A DNA stretch of 64,000 nt from an uncultured Alphaproteobacteria bacterium (GCA_963786305.1 CAWAYL010000009.1:108387-172386); one strand, 5' to 3'; shown: positions 30,977 to 42,537, counted from the stretch's first letter. Made by a program: numbers and translations. Notes: a model not told the origin generated them from the sequence alone.

Positions 30977-31297
30977 CTAGCCCGTGCGGTGGATGAGGTG
31001 ATAGCCGAATGGCGTTTCGATGACGCCGCTGACGCCGCCCACCTCGAGACCGAAGACGGCGTCCTCGAACTCCTTCACCATCTGTCCGCGGCCGAAGGCG
31101 CCGAGGTCTCCGCCCTTCGCGCGCGACGGGCAATCCGAATGCTCGGCGGCCAGGCCGGCGAACTCGGCGCCGCCGTCCAGCTCGTCCTTGATCCGGTTCA
31201 TCTCGCTCAGCGCCTCGTCCTTGGAACGGGTCGCCGTCGAGCGCATGGATCCCTCGTACATCAGCAAAATATGCGATGCTCCCACCTTCTCGGCCAT
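30977..31297 (-). CDS. ppiC: parvulin-type peptidyl-prolyl cis-trans isomerase
   Basis: From the internal ATG at 31297 (after GGGAGG): MAEKVGASHILLMYEGS....FAGLAAEHSDCPSRAKGGDLGAFGRGQMVKEFEDAVFGLEVGGVSGVIETPFGYHLI. Confidence 0.85.
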   Translation of the reverse strand: MAEKVGASHILLMYEGSMRSTATRSKDEALSEMNRIKDELDGGAEFAGLAAEHSDCPSRAKGGDLGAFGRGQMVKEFEDAVFGLEVGGVSGVIETPFGYHLIHRTG

Positions 31298-31617
31298 AGC
31301 CAACCTCCCAATCGCCTGTTTTTCGGAAGTGCCAGACATAGAGACACAACCGGCGGCGCGCAACCGAATGAGCCGCCGACCGGGTTTCTCCAACGCGCGT
31401 AATTCCGGTTCGACGCAGAAACGACCGGGCCCGTCGCCGATCGTTTATCCAGGCCGCCCGGACTGCTTGACGCTCCCACCGTGGTGCCTTAGGTTCACTG
31501 ATAGCTGGCCTTTTCGGCCGGTTTTGAGGCATCCGCGAGGATCTGCGCCGGCGTTCCGAGGGATCCGATTGGCGCGGCAAACCGAACAGTATGAATTATA
31601 ACCGGGGCGGGATCTCC

Positions 31618-33738
31618 ATGAGCGATAGCCAGATCAAATTCGTCGAAGACTTCGCCACACCCTCTTACGACGATTGGGTGGAGGAAGTGAACAAGGCGCT
31701 GAAAGGCGCGCCTTTCGAAAAAAAGATGTACACCAAGACCTACGAGGGCATCTCGGTCCGCCCGGTCTACACGCGGCAGGATTGGCCCCCGACAGGCGAT
31801 CCGTCCGGGTTTCCCGGAGCATTGCCCTACACGCGCGGCAGCACCGCCGCGGGCAATCGGGTCGGCAACTGGGACGTCAGGCAGGTTCACGGTTACCCTG
31901 ATCCCGCGAAGTGCAATGACATCATTCTGAGAGATCTGACGCGCGGGGCGACGTCGCTGATCGTCCGGTTCGACGCCGCCGCGCGTCACGGCCTGGACGC
32001 GGACACGGCCGACGCCGACGGGCTGGCCGGCGATGACGGAGTGATGGTCTATTCGGTCGACGATCTGGATCTGTTGCTGACCGGCGTTCACCTGGACCTT
32101 GCGCCGATTTCTCTCGACGCGGGCGCGCAGTTCCTGCCGGCGGCGGGGCTGCTGGCGGCGTTGTGGGAACGGCGCGGCATCAGCGCCGACAAGGCTTGGG
32201 GCGCGTTCAATGCCGATCCGCTCGGCACACTGGCCGACAGCGGCACCCTGCCGGCGCCGGTCGATGCGGCGATGGCACGCATGGCCGATCTGGCGCGGCA
32301 TACGGCGGCAACCTATCCCATGGTAACGGCGGTGAATGTCAACACGTCGGTGTATCATACCGCCGGCGCCTCGGAAGTTCAGGACCTGGCCGCGTCCATG
32401 GCGACCGCGGTGAGCTATCTGAGGGCGATGACCGATGCCGGCATGGATATCGATAGCGCCTGCCAGCAGATCCTGTTCACCTATGCGGTTGACTGCAATC
32501 AGTTTCTCGGCATCTGCAAGCTGCGCGCGGCGCGTAAGCTATGGAGCCGCGTCACCGAGGCGTGCGGCGCCAGCGAGGCGGCCGGGGCGATGAACCTGCA
32601 CGCGGTCACCGCCTGGCGGATGATGAGCAAGCGCGATCCCTGGGTCAACTCGTTGCGGACCACGGTCGCGTGCTTCAGCGCCGCGGTCGGCGGCGCCCGC
32701 AGCATCACCATTCTCCCCTACAACGCCGCGATCGGCCTGCCGGACAATATCGCGCGGCGCGTTGCGCGCAACACCCATACCGTTCTGGCCGAGGAATCGA
32801 ATATCGCCATGGTGATCGACCCCGCCGGTGGGTCATGGTACGTGGAAACCCGTACCGACGAGCTGGCGAAAGCCGCGTGGGCCGAGTTCCAGGCCATCGA
32901 AAAAGCCGGCGGCATGGCGAAGGTCCTCGATGACGGCAGCTTCGCGAAGCGGATCGCCGAGTCCTATGCCGAGCGGGAAAAGAACCTGGACAAGCGAAAA
33001 GACCCGCTGACCGGGGTCAGCGAATTTCCGAACATCCTCGAGTCGGTCGACCCCATCGAGGTCCCGGATGTGGGCGCCGCGGCAAAGGCGGCGCGGGAAC
33101 GCCTGTCGGCGACGCGGGAAAAGGCCGGAGACGCGGTTGCGTCGAAGCTGGGCGCCATTGAACCCTCGGCGGGCACCGTTACGGATACCGTGTTCGCGGC
33201 CGCCGCCAGTGGCGGAACCATCGGCGCCATGGCCGGCGCCCTCGGCGGCGAGGCCGCCAAGATCGACGCGTTCCCGAAGCACCGGCTCGCCGAGAGGTTC
33301 GAGGTTTTGCGCGAAGCCAGCGACGCCTGCCTGGAAAAAACCGGCGAGCGTCCGCGGATCTTCCTCGCCAATCTCGGGCCCATCGCCAAGCACACGGGGC
33401 GCGCCAACTTCGCCAAGAATTTCTTCGAGGTGGGCGGCATCGAGACCCTGACCAACAACGGCTTCGACAACGCCGAGGACTGCGCCAAGGCGTTCAAGGA
33501 CAGCGGTGCCCGCATCGCCATCATCTGCTCGGCCGATCCGCTCTATGTGGAAATGGTGCCGAGCGTGGCGCCGGCGCTGAAAGACGCCGGGTGCGAACGG
33601 CTGTATCTGGCCGGCGCTCCGGGCGACAACAAGGACGCCTATATGCAGGCCGGCGTCGATGAGTTCATCTTCATGGGAGGGAACGTCTACACGACAACGC
33701 GTTCCGCTCTCGCCCTTCTGGGAGTGATCGATCAATGA
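31618..33738 (+). CDS. mutA: methylmalonyl-CoA mutase small (beta) subunit
   Basis: [56 protein letters not shown]... is intact. The alternative start ATG 31591 lacks an SD. The stop overlaps the mutB start (ATGA). Confidence 0.82.
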   Translation: MSDSQIKFVEDFATPSYDDWVEEVNKALKGAPFEKKMYTKTYEGISVRPVYTRQDWPPTGDPSGFPGALPYTRGSTAAGNRVGNWDVRQVHGYPDPAKCNDIILRDLTRGATSLIVRFDAAARHGLDADTADADGLAGDDGVMVYSVDDLDLLLTGVHLDLAPISLDAGAQFLPAAGLLAALWERRGISADKAWGAFNADPLGTLADSGTLPAPVDAAMARMADLARHTAATYPMVTAVNVNTSVYHTAGASEVQDLAASMATAVSYLRAMTDAGMDIDSACQQILFTYAVDCNQFLGICKLRAARKLWSRVTEACGASEAAGAMNLHAVTAWRMMSKRDPWVNSLRTTVACFSAAVGGARSITILPYNAAIGLPDNIARRVARNTHTVLAEESNIAMVIDPAGGSWYVETRTDELAKAAWAEFQAIEKAGGMAKVLDDGSFAKRIAESYAEREKNLDKRKDPLTGVSEFPNILESVDPIEVPDVGAAAKAARERLSATREKAGDAVASKLGAIEPSAGTVTDTVFAAAASGGTIGAMAGALGGEAAKIDAFPKHRLAERFEVLREASDACLEKTGERPRIFLANLGPIAKHTGRANFAKNFFEVGGIETLTNNGFDNAEDCAKAFKDSGARIAIICSADPLYVEMVPSVAPALKDAGCERLYLAGAPGDNKDAYMQAGVDEFIFMGGNVYTTTRSALALLGVIDQ

Positions 33739-35943
33739 GTGGTATTCCCAATTTTTCCGACATCCACCTGGACCCCCAGAACGCGCCGGGCGGCGGCGAG
33801 AGCCATGCCGATTGGGCCGCGCGTTTCGAAAAGGAAACCGGGAAATCTCCCGAGCAGTTCGTGTGGGAGACCCCCGAACTGGTGAACGTGAAGCCGTTTT
33901 ATTCGGCCGGCGATCTCGAGGGGCTGGATCACCTGGACACGATGGCCGGTATTCCGCCCTATGTCCGGGGACCCTATTCGACGATGTACGTCACCCGGCC
34001 GTGGACGGTGCGCCAATACGCGGGCTTCTCCACCGCCAAGGACAGCAATGCGTTTTATCGGCGCAACCTGGCGGCGGGCCAGAAGGGTCTTTCGGTGGCG
34101 TTCGACCTGGCCACCCATCGCGGCTACGACTCCGACAATCCACGCGTGGCGGGCGATGTGGGCATGGCCGGCGTGGCCATCGATTCGATCACCGACATGC
34201 GGGTGCTGTTCGACCGGATCCCGCTCGACGAAATGACCGTGTCGATGACCATGAACGGAGCGGTCCTGCCGATCCTGTCGCTCTATATCGTCGCCGCCGA
34301 GGAGCAGGGCGTGAAGCCGGCGCAGTTGGCCGGGACCATCCAGAACGACATCCTCAAGGAGTTCATGGTCCGCAACACCTACATCTATCCGCCGCTGCCG
34401 TCGATGCAGATCATCTCCGACATCTTCTCGTATACGTCGCAGAACATGCCGAAGTGGAACAGCATCAGCATTTCCGGCTACCATATGCAGGAAGCGGGCG
34501 CGACGGCGGATCTGGAGATGGCGTACACCCTCGCCGACGGTGTGGAGTATGCCCGCGCCGGGATGAACGCCGGGTCTGACCATCGACCAGTTCGCGCCGC
34601 GTCTTTCGTTCTTCTGGGCGATCGGCATGAACTTCTACATGGAAGTCGCCAAGATGCGCGCCGCGCGCATGCTGTGGGCCAAGCTGATCAAGCAGTTCGA
34701 CCCCAAGACCAACAAGTCGCTGGCGCTCCGGACCCACTCGCAGACGTCTGGCTGGAGCCTCACCGCGCAAGACGTGTACAACAACGTCGTGCGCACCTGT
34801 ATCGAGGCGATGGCGGCGACCCAGGGACACACCCAGTCGCTGCACACCAACTCCTTCGACGAGGCGCTGGCGCTTCCCACCGATTTCTCCGCCCGTATCG
34901 CCCGCAACACCCAGCTGTTTCTGCAGCAGGAGAGCGGCACGACACAGGTGATCGATCCGTGGGGCGGCAGCTACTATGTGGAGCGTCTGACCCGCGACCT
35001 GGCGGAGCAGGCCTGGAGCCACATCCAGGAAGTGGAAGCGTCCGGCGGCATGGCCAAGGCCATCGAGCAGGGCATTCCGAAACTCCGCATCGAGGAGGCC
35101 GCCGCCCGTACCCAGGCGCGCATCGACTCCGGTCAGCAGACCGTGGTCGGCGTCAACAAGTACCGGCTCGACGAGGCCGAAAAAATCGAGGTTCTCAAGG
35201 TCGAGAATGCCCAGGTTCGCCGCCAGCAGATCGCCCAGCTCGAGGAGCTTCGGGCCGGCCGCGATGCGGTGGAGGTCGAGCAGAAGCTGACCGCCTTGAC
35301 CAAATGCGCCGACACCGGCGAGGGTAATCTTCTCCAACTCGGCGTCGAAGCGGCCCGGGCGCGGTGCAGTGTCGGTGAAATCAGCGACGCCCTGGAAAAG
35401 GTCTGGGGTCGCCACAAGGCCGAGATCCGGACCATTTCCGGCATTTACAGCGGCGCCGTCGGGGAGACATCGGACATGGTAAGCAAAGCGCACAAGATGG
35501 TCGACGACTTCGAAGCCAACGACGGTCGGCGACCCCGCATTCTCATCGCCAAGATGGGACAGGACGGTCACGATCGCGGACAGAAGGTGATCGCCAGTGC
35601 GTTCGCCGACCTCGGCTTCGACGTGGATATCGGACCGCTGTTCCAGACCCCGGCGGAAGTCGCGCGTCAGGCGGCGGAGAACGACGTGCATCTCGTCGGC
35701 GCCAGTTCGCTGGCCGCGGGTCACCTCACTTTGGTGCCCGAGCTTCGCCAGGAGCTGGACAAGCTGGGCCGCGACGACATCTTGATCGTGGTCGGCGGCG
35801 TCATTCCGCCGCAGGACTATGACGAGCTGTACAAGGCGGGCGCCACCGCCATCTTCCCGCCGGGCACCGTCATCGGCGACGCGGCCATGTCATTGATCGC
35901 CGAGCTGAACAAGGTCCTCGGCTATTCCAGCGAAGCCGCCTGA
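33735..35943 (+). pseudogene. mutB: methylmalonyl-CoA mutase large (alpha) subunit, one frame break as sequenced (~34572-34577)
   Basis: ..[63 protein letters not shown]...ARAGMNAG is in one frame. [36 protein letters not shown]... follows in the next, through the B12-binding DGHDRG motif. Length is 2209 nt = 3n+1. Confidence 0.92.
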
Positions 35944-35946
35944 TCC

Positions 35947-37002
35947 ATGGCCATCGGCCCCGAGGGCGCATTCGCGCCGCAGACGGTCCACGTCCGCAGG
36001 CGCGCGACCTATACGGTGAACGACTACGTGGACGGCGTGCTGTCCGGCGACCGGACGATGCTCGGCCGGACCATCACCGTCATCGAAAGCCGCAACGCAC
36101 GGCACCAGGAAGTGGGGCAGGAAATTCTGCTCCGCCTCCTGGAGCATATTCGCGGCGTGCCGCACGCCGAACGCGCCCATCGGATCGGCATAACCGGTGT
36201 GCCCGGCGTCGGCAAGAGCACCTTCATCGAGGCATTCGGTTGTAATCTCACGCGCGCGGACTACAAAGTCGCCGTTCTCGCCGTCGATCCCAGCAGCTCG
36301 GTCAGCGGCGGCAGTATCCTCGGCGACAAGACACGAATGCAGGAACTGGCCGTCCAGCCGAATGCGTTCATCCGTCCCTCACCGTCGTCCGGAACGCTTG
36401 GCGGCGTCACGCGCGCGACCCGAGCCACCATGGTGGTATGCGAGGCGGCGGGGTTCGACGTGATCCTCGTGGAGACCGTGGGCGCCGGCCAGAGCGAGGT
36501 GGCCGTCTCCGAAATGAGCGATTTTTTCCTTGTGCTGATGCTGCCGGGCGCCGGCGACGAGCTGCAGGGCATCAAGAAAGGCGTTCTGGAAATCGCCGAC
36601 ATGATCGCCATCAACAAGGCCGACAGTGACGAGATCAAGGCCAAGCAGGCCGCGGGGCACTACCGCAACGCCCTCAAGATCATGAAACATGCAAGCCCGA
36701 ACTGGGCACCGCCGGTGGTGCTGTGCAGCGGGCTCAACAATATCGGCCTGGACACCCTTTGGGACAAGCTGGTTGAGCATAAGGAGACGCTGCTCGAAAC
36801 TGGCGAGCTGCAGGACAAACGGCGGCGCCAGCGCATTCGCTGGATGTGGGCCATGCTCGAGGATCGCCTGATTACCTCGCTGAAAACCCACCCCAAGATT
36901 GTCGATCAGCTTCCCCGCATCGAGCGGGATGTTTCGGAAGGACGCCTGACCACCACACTCGCGGTGGAGGAAATTCTCGAGGCGTTTCACGGATCACATT
37001 GA
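35947..37002 (+). CDS. meaB: methylmalonyl-CoA mutase-associated GTPase MeaB (ArgK family)
   Basis: P-loop GITGVPGVGKSTFIEAFG, plus ..VETVGAGQSE.. and ..INKAD.. Intact 351 aa. Confidence 0.92.
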   Translation: MAIGPEGAFAPQTVHVRRRATYTVNDYVDGVLSGDRTMLGRTITVIESRNARHQEVGQEILLRLLEHIRGVPHAERAHRIGITGVPGVGKSTFIEAFGCNLTRADYKVAVLAVDPSSSVSGGSILGDKTRMQELAVQPNAFIRPSPSSGTLGGVTRATRATMVVCEAAGFDVILVETVGAGQSEVAVSEMSDFFLVLMLPGAGDELQGIKKGVLEIADMIAINKADSDEIKAKQAAGHYRNALKIMKHASPNWAPPVVLCSGLNNIGLDTLWDKLVEHKETLLETGELQDKRRRQRIRWMWAMLEDRLITSLKTHPKIVDQLPRIERDVSEGRLTTTLAVEEILEAFHGSH

Positions 37003-37572
37003 CGATCCCGGCCGTGGCCGGTCCTCGCGCTCCCACTGAAGAATGTCGGCGTGCAGCGCCGCGTAGCGCTCGCCCACCCGCTCGCCGAAAAGCGGATCCT
37101 CCTGATCGGTCATTTTGGCCTCCAGGTCCCGCCAGTCCTCCGGCGTCAGGACCGCCAGCGCCAGGGGGAAGAAGTGCTTTTCCTCCCTCTCCATGTGCGC
37201 CTTCTGGAAGTCGATGAAATTCTGCGCGCAGTCCTCGAACGATGGATGCGGCGCGCGGTTTCGGCCAAGCAGGGAACGCACGGCGGCGGTAAAGTCACGG
37301 GTGCGGGACGCGATTTCGTCATGCTCGCGCTGGAGGTCGCCGATCTTCCGCGCCGCCTCCGGATCGCGTTCGCGCAGCTTCGCGAACACCATGTTTTCCT
37401 TGGGGTGGTGGTATAGATCGGGAAAACTCACAAAATAATCGGCGATGCCTTCGATGATGTCGTAGTCGGGGTTCTCGTCATTCTCGAAGACCGCGATTTG
37501 CCGCTCCAGCGTATTGACCAGCCTGAAAATATTCTCATGTTCCCGGCGCAGAATCCGGATGACTTCCGTCAT
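36994..37572 (-). CDS. hemerythrin (HHE cation-binding) domain protein
   Basis: From the internal ATG at 37572: MTEVIRILRREHENIFRL...YHHPKENMVFAKL...LQREHDEI...HMEREEKHFFP. The 3' end overlaps the meaB 3' end by 9 nt (convergent). Confidence 0.75.
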   Translation of the reverse strand: MTEVIRILRREHENIFRLVNTLERQIAVFENDENPDYDIIEGIADYFVSFPDLYHHPKENMVFAKLRERDPEAARKIGDLQREHDEIASRTRDFTAAVRSLLGRNRAPHPSFEDCAQNFIDFQKAHMEREEKHFFPLALAVLTPEDWRDLEAKMTDQEDPLFGERVGERYAALHADILQWEREDRPRPGSSM

Positions 37573-37758
37573 GATTTTCAACCCTTGAAACAATTCGGCG
37601 CGGTGCCGCGCCGGGTCCGATCGTCGATGGCGGCCTCGTCTTCGCACCCCAGACACGGTACAGGGCGACGGCATAAGGTTTCAACCTCTTCCGCCGCCAT
37701 TTTATCCGAGCCACTTAAGCACGGTGCGACCAGATCGACCCGATCTGATCGCATGGTC

Positions 37759-37832
37759 GTGCTCTAAGCTATTGATTTCTAAAGCAAGTAAATCCGATCA
37801 AGTGATTCCACTTGATCGGATATTGCTCTAGG
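37759..37832 (+). repeat. intergenic repeat family A, copy 1 (~74 nt, contains a perfect 12-bp hairpin)
   Basis: GTGCTCTAAGCTATTGATTTCTAAAGCAAGTAAATCCGATCAAGTGattcCACTTGATCGGATATTGCTCTAGG. About 80% identical to the reverse complement of 48821-48897. Hairpin arms are 37793-37804 and 37809-37820. It lies 12 nt beyond the clpB stop. Confidence 0.8.
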
Positions 37833-37843
37833 CGGTCGCGATG

Positions 37844-40435
37844 TCAGGCCGCTTCCGCCTGCACCCCATTGATCGTCAGGCCCCTGTCGCTCGCCGAAAC
37901 GTCGACTTGGTCGCCGTCGCCCACGCGCCCTTCGAGGACGAGGGTGGCCAACGGGTTCTGCAGATCCCTCTGGATCACCCGCTTCAGCGGCCGCGCGCCA
38001 TAGACCGGATCGTAGCCGGCCTTGGCCAGCCAGGAAATGGCGGCGGCATCGAGATTGAGCGCGATCTTGCGATCCGTCAACAGATCCCGCAGCCGGCCGA
38101 GCTGGATTTCGACGATGGCGTCCATCTGTTCGGGGAACAGCCGGTGAAACAGAATGACCTCGTCCAGGCGATTGAGGAATTCCGGCTTGAAGGCCGCGCG
38201 AACGTGGGTCATGACCTGCTCGCGAACCGCGCTCGAGTCCTGACCCGCCGCCTGGCTCGCAAGAATTTCGCCGCCGAGGTTCGACGTCAGGATAATCAGC
38301 GAATTGCGGAAATCGACGGTGCGACCCTGTCCATCGGTCAGTCGACCGTCGTCTAGAACCTGCAAGAGCACGTTGAAGACATCCGGGTGGGCTTTCTCCA
38401 CCTCATCGAAGAGGATGACCTGGTAAGGCCGCCGACGCACCGCTTCGGTCAGCGCGCCGCCTTCCTCGTAGCCGACGTAGCCCGGAGGCGCGCCGATCAT
38501 CCGCGCCACCGAGTGCTTCTCCATGTACTCGGACATATCGATGCGCACCATCGCCGTCTCGTCGTCGAACAGGAATTCGGCCAAGGCCTTGGTCAACTCC
38601 GTCTTGCCGACGCCGGTGGGCCCCAGGAACAGGAACGAACCGATGGGCCGGTTGGCGTCCTGCAGTCCGGCGCGGGCGCGGCGGACGGCATTGGATACGG
38701 CGGTCAAGGCCTCCTTCTGGCCGACCACCCGCCGACCCAGGTTATGCTCCATCTGCAAAAGCTTGTCGCGCTCGCCTTCCAGCATCTTGTCGACGGGGAT
38801 GCCGGTCCAGCGCGAGACGATGCCGGCCACGTGCTCGGCGGTGACCGCCTCTTCGAGCATACGGCTGTGCTCGGCCTCCTCCGCCGTCTTCAGTTTCCGC
38901 TCGAGCTCGGGGATCGCCGAATACTGGAGCTCGCCGGCTTTCTGGTACTCGCCCGCGCGCAGGTGGCGTTCGACGGTGATCCGCGCGTGGTCCAGTTCCT
39001 CCTTGAGCTTGGTGGCGCCGGCCAGGGCGTCCTTCTCGGCGCGCCATTGACTGGTCAGTTCGGCCGAGCGCGGTTCCAGCTGGTGTAGTTCCTCCTCGAG
39101 CTTCACCAGGCGATCCTTGGATGCCTGATCGTCTTCCTTTTTCAGGGCTTCGCGTTCGATCTTGAGCTGAATGATGCGCCGGTCCAGCTCATCGATCTCC
39201 TCGGGTTTGGAATCCACCTGCATGCGCAGCCGGCTGGCCGCCTCGTCCATCAGGTCGATGGCCTTGTCGGGCAGGAACCGGTCGGTGATGTAACGGTTGG
39301 AGAGCGTCGCCGCGGCGACGAGCGCGGCGTCGGTGATGCGCACGCCGTGATGCAGTTCGTACTTCTCCTTAAGGCCACGGAGGATGGAAATGGTGTCTTC
39401 CACCCCTGGCTGGGAGACGAACACCGGCTGGAAGCGGCGCGCCAGCGCGGCGTCCTTCTCGATGTGCTTGCGGTACTCGTTGAGCGTGGTGGCGCCGATA
39501 CAGTGCAGTTCGCCCCGCGCCAGCGCCGGTTTCAGAAGGTTCGACGCGTCCATGGCGCCCTCGGCGGCGCCGGCGCCGACGATGGTGTGCATCTCGTCGA
39601 TGAACAGGACGATTTCGCCCTCGGCCGCCGTGGTTTCGTTGAGCACCGCCTTGAGGCGCTCTTCGAACTCGCCGCGGAACTTGGCGCCGGCCACCAGGGC
39701 GCCGAGGTCGAGAACCATCAGCTTCTTGTCCTTCAGCGTCTCGGGCACGTCGCCGTTGACGATGCGCTGCGCCAACCCCTCGACGATAGCCGTCTTGCCG
39801 ACCCCGGCCTCGCCGATCAGGCATGGGTTGTTCTTGGTCCGCCGCGACAGCACCTGCACGGTGCGGCGGATTTCCTCGTCGCGGCCGATGACGGGATCGA
39901 GCTTGCCGTCCGCCGCCAGGGCGGTCAGGTCGCGCGCGTACTTTTTGAGAGCATCATAGGAGTCCTCGGCCGTGGCGCTGGTCGCCGCGCGGCCCTTGCG
40001 AACCTCCTCGATGGCCTTGTTCAGGGTCTGCGGCGTCACGCCGGCCTGAGAGAGGATGCGCGACGCCGGCGTTTCCGCGGCCAGCGCCAGAGCCAGCAGG
40101 ATGCGTTCGGCGGTAACGAAACTGTCGCCCGCTTTTGCCGCGATCTGCTCGGCCTGCTCGAACAGGCGCGCGGTTTCCGGCGCCAGGTAAACCTGGCCGG
40201 CGCCGCCGCCGGAAATTTTCGGCAATTTGCCGAGCTCAAGCTCGACGTCCTTCAGCGCCCGCGCCGGATCGCCACCTGCGGCGCGAATGAGATTGGCGGC
40301 GAGCCCTTCCTTGTCTTCGAGCAGCACCTTGAGAATATGAAGCGGCGTCAACTGCTGGTGATCGCTTCTGAGAGCGAGCGTCTGCGCCGACTGAACGAAC
40401 CCCCGCGAGCGTTCCGTGTATTTTTCCAGTTCCAT
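37844..40435 (-). CDS. clpB: ATP-dependent chaperone/disaggregase ClpB
   Basis: 863 aa, intact. It has two AAA+ modules ([15 protein letters not shown]; [15 protein letters not shown]) and the middle coiled-coil. Confidence 0.97.
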   Translation of the reverse strand: MELEKYTERSRGFVQSAQTLALRSDHQQLTPLHILKVLLEDKEGLAANLIRAAGGDPARALKDVELELGKLPKISGGGAGQVYLAPETARLFEQAEQIAAKAGDSFVTAERILLALALAAETPASRILSQAGVTPQTLNKAIEEVRKGRAATSATAEDSYDALKKYARDLTALAADGKLDPVIGRDEEIRRTVQVLSRRTKNNPCLIGEAGVGKTAIVEGLAQRIVNGDVPETLKDKKLMVLDLGALVAGAKFRGEFEERLKAVLNETTAAEGEIVLFIDEMHTIVGAGAAEGAMDASNLLKPALARGELHCIGATTLNEYRKHIEKDAALARRFQPVFVSQPGVEDTISILRGLKEKYELHHGVRITDAALVAAATLSNRYITDRFLPDKAIDLMDEAASRLRMQVDSKPEEIDELDRRIIQLKIEREALKKEDDQASKDRLVKLEEELHQLEPRSAELTSQWRAEKDALAGATKLKEELDHARITVERHLRAGEYQKAGELQYSAIPELERKLKTAEEAEHSRMLEEAVTAEHVAGIVSRWTGIPVDKMLEGERDKLLQMEHNLGRRVVGQKEALTAVSNAVRRARAGLQDANRPIGSFLFLGPTGVGKTELTKALAEFLFDDETAMVRIDMSEYMEKHSVARMIGAPPGYVGYEEGGALTEAVRRRPYQVILFDEVEKAHPDVFNVLLQVLDDGRLTDGQGRTVDFRNSLIILTSNLGGEILASQAAGQDSSAVREQVMTHVRAAFKPEFLNRLDEVILFHRLFPEQMDAIVEIQLGRLRDLLTDRKIALNLDAAAISWLAKAGYDPVYGARPLKRVIQRDLQNPLATLVLEGRVGDGDQVDVSASDRGLTINGVQAEAA

Positions 40436-40521
40436 GGTCCGACATTCCTTCTGAGACAGGATCCGGCGCCCCTCCCGGAGGCAGCGCTAAACCCTTCAAG
40501 CTGTCTGGTTTTACAGCACTA

Positions 40522-40549
40522 ATATGGCGTGGGTAAGCCGCTCCGCAAC
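40522..40549 (-). promoter_or_regulatory. candidate sigma-32 (RpoH) type promoter of clpB
   Basis: The minus strand reads GTTGCGG - 13 nt - CGCCATAT, against the consensus CTTGAAA-N13-15-CCCCATNT. It lies about 85 nt upstream of the clpB ATG. Confidence 0.35.
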
Positions 40550-40587
40550 CGTTTGGCGGACGATCTTCCCGGCTCGTCGGCCAGTGC

Positions 40588-41175
40588 CTACTGGAAGTCC
40601 GCCGCCAACGCCGATCGGACCTCATCGGACAACGCCGCCATGTGATCGTACCTGGGATGGTCGATACCGAGGATGATCCGCGTCTCGCCGCGCGCGAACG
40701 CGTCGATCTGGGTTTCCGAAAACGGAAACTTCAGGAAATGAATGGACGATGTCTTGCCGGCCTCGGTGGTTCTCTCCACATCGGATTCCGCCACCGCCTG
40801 AACTTTTTCGCCGCCGATGTCGATGAATACCGCGTCCTCGATACCGCCCAGTTCGTCCAAAACGCGGGCGCGGCGGCGGGGATCGTCGATTTCGATCATC
40901 ATGGTGGCCACCAGATTGCCGCCATCCGGGATCAGCGGGTTGTAGGCCGAAAGCTCGTCGTCGATCTGCGCCTCGCCGCCTTTTTCGATGCGCAGCATTT
41001 CATGGATCTGATGCCACATGGTGTCATAGTTTTCGAAGTAGAAGGTGATGTCCGGACCGACGGATATCCGCCGATGCCGCTTCATCGCCGTGACGGCGCG
41101 TTTGCGCTCGTCGCGCACCGTCTCATATTCATCCAACGCCATCAGGTCGGCCCGGGTGATCTCTCGCCGGCTCAT
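40588..41175 (-). CDS. DUF3501 family protein
   Basis: MSRREITRADLMALDEYETVRDERKRAVTAMKRHRRISVGPDITFYFENYDTMWHQIHEMLRIEK... matches my recollection of the DUF3501 family, which typically neighbours CCG-domain Fe-S proteins and rubrerythrin. Confidence 0.7.
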   Translation of the reverse strand: MSRREITRADLMALDEYETVRDERKRAVTAMKRHRRISVGPDITFYFENYDTMWHQIHEMLRIEKGGEAQIDDELSAYNPLIPDGGNLVATMMIEIDDPRRRARVLDELGGIEDAVFIDIGGEKVQAVAESDVERTTEAGKTSSIHFLKFPFSETQIDAFARGETRIILGIDHPRYDHMAALSDEVRSALAADFQ

Positions 41176-41199
41176 GGGAAACGCTCCTTTGGTAACGCC

Positions 41200-42537
41200 C
41201 TACAATTGATAGGCGCGCGCGATCAACTGAATGGGATGGTGCACGGCTTCCACCTCGACGGGCCCGTCGTCCAATCGCTCCATGCCCTGGATGATATGAT
41301 CGCGCGCCAGCGGACATTCCGACAGAACGAAAGCCGCCCCGGATTCCTTGGCGGACCGGGCGACCGGCTTGCCGATCTTGAGCGCCACCTCGAAATTCTC
41401 CTTCATGACGCCCCAGGATCCGCCGTGCCCCGAACACCGCTCGATGACCTCGATCTTGGTTTCGGGCAGCAACCGCAGCATGTCCGCCGCCCTCTGGCCC
41501 ATGTTCTGGGCGCGGGCATGGCAGGCGATATGAATGGAAATACCGCCGTTCAACGGCGTCAGGCCATCGGCGAGACCTTCCTTGCGGGCGATGTCGACCA
41601 CGTATTCCGAGGCGTCGAAGGTGGCCTGGCTCAGCGCCTTGATATCCTCGTTGCCGGGCTCGATCAGCGGCCATTCGAACTTCAGCATCAAGCTGCACGA
41701 CGGCACGAGGGAGACAACATCGTAGCCCTTGTCGACCCACGACCGCAGCGCGCTCGAGACTTTCCGCGCCTGCTCGGCGACGCGTTCGAAATTGCCGTGT
41801 TCCAACTGCGGCATGCCACAGCACGCCGGATAGACCACTTCGGTCTCGACGCCGTTGCGCGCCAGAACGGCGCGCGTCGCGGTGCCGATGTCGGGGTTGT
41901 TGTAGTTGATGAAGCACGTTGCGTAGATGACCGCCTTGCGGCCGAACGCGGGTGCCTCGCGATTGACTTCGGGCTTCTCCGACGCGGCGCGGGCGGTGAA
42001 GGTCTTGCCGTGGAATTTGGGCAGGTGCGCATCGCGGTGAACGCCCGCGAATGTCTCCATCACCGGCCGGGTGACCGTGTTGCCGCATTTGCTGGCCCAA
42101 TTGGCGAGCGGCGCCACGTACGAAGCGGCCTTGCCGTTGCGATCGGTTTCAGTGAGCTGTTTCGCCGCGAACGGCACCTTGCCCTGCTTCTGTTCGACGG
42201 CCCGGTAGCGCAGCATCAAATGGGGAAAGTCGAGATCGAACTCGTGCGGCGGGACGTAGGGGCACTTGGTCATGAAACACATGTCGCAGAGCGTGCAGGC
42301 ATCGACCACCGGCTTGAAGTCGCCGCTGGCCACCGCGTCCAGTTCGCCGGTTTCGGACTCGTCGATCAAATCGAACAGGCGCGGAAAGCTGTCGCAGAGA
42401 TTGAAACAACGGCGGCAGCCGTGACAGATATCGAACACCCGCCGCAGTTCGGCGTCCAGCTTGTCGAGATCGTAGAAATCCGCGTCTCGCCACGCAATGG
42501 GGTGACGGGTGGGTGCGTCCAGGCTTCCTTCCCGCAT
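41200..42537 (-). CDS. (Fe-S)-binding oxidoreductase, HdrD/GlpC-like (two 4Fe-4S motifs plus CCG domains)
   Basis: CHGCRRCFNLC and CTLCDMCFMTKCPY are ferredoxin-type motifs. YPACCGMP and CSGHGG are CCG-type Cys motifs. Intact 445 aa. Confidence 0.8.
   Translation of the reverse strand: MREGSLDAPTRHPIAWRDADFYDLDKLDAELRRVFDICHGCRRCFNLCDSFPRLFDLIDESETGELDAVASGDFKPVVDACTLCDMCFMTKCPYVPPHEFDLDFPHLMLRYRAVEQKQGKVPFAAKQLTETDRNGKAASYVAPLANWASKCGNTVTRPVMETFAGVHRDAHLPKFHGKTFTARAASEKPEVNREAPAFGRKAVIYATCFINYNNPDIGTATRAVLARNGVETEVVYPACCGMPQLEHGNFERVAEQARKVSSALRSWVDKGYDVVSLVPSCSLMLKFEWPLIEPGNEDIKALSQATFDASEYVVDIARKEGLADGLTPLNGGISIHIACHARAQNMGQRAADMLRLLPETKIEVIERCSGHGGSWGVMKENFEVALKIGKPVARSAKESGAAFVLSECPLARDHIIQGMERLDDGPVEVEAVHHPIQLIARAYQL

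Noticed and set aside
31403-31617. Looked for a cobalamin riboswitch ahead of the B12-dependent methylmalonyl-CoA mutase genes.
   Set aside because: No B12-box-like sequence was recognised. The region holds only a TTGACG/TTAGGT promoter-like pair and a weak GGCC hairpin with a T4 run.
36994-37002. 9-nt convergent overlap of the meaB and hemerythrin 3' ends.
   Set aside because: Short convergent stop overlaps are common in compact high-GC genomes. No structure or signal beyond the overlap was seen.
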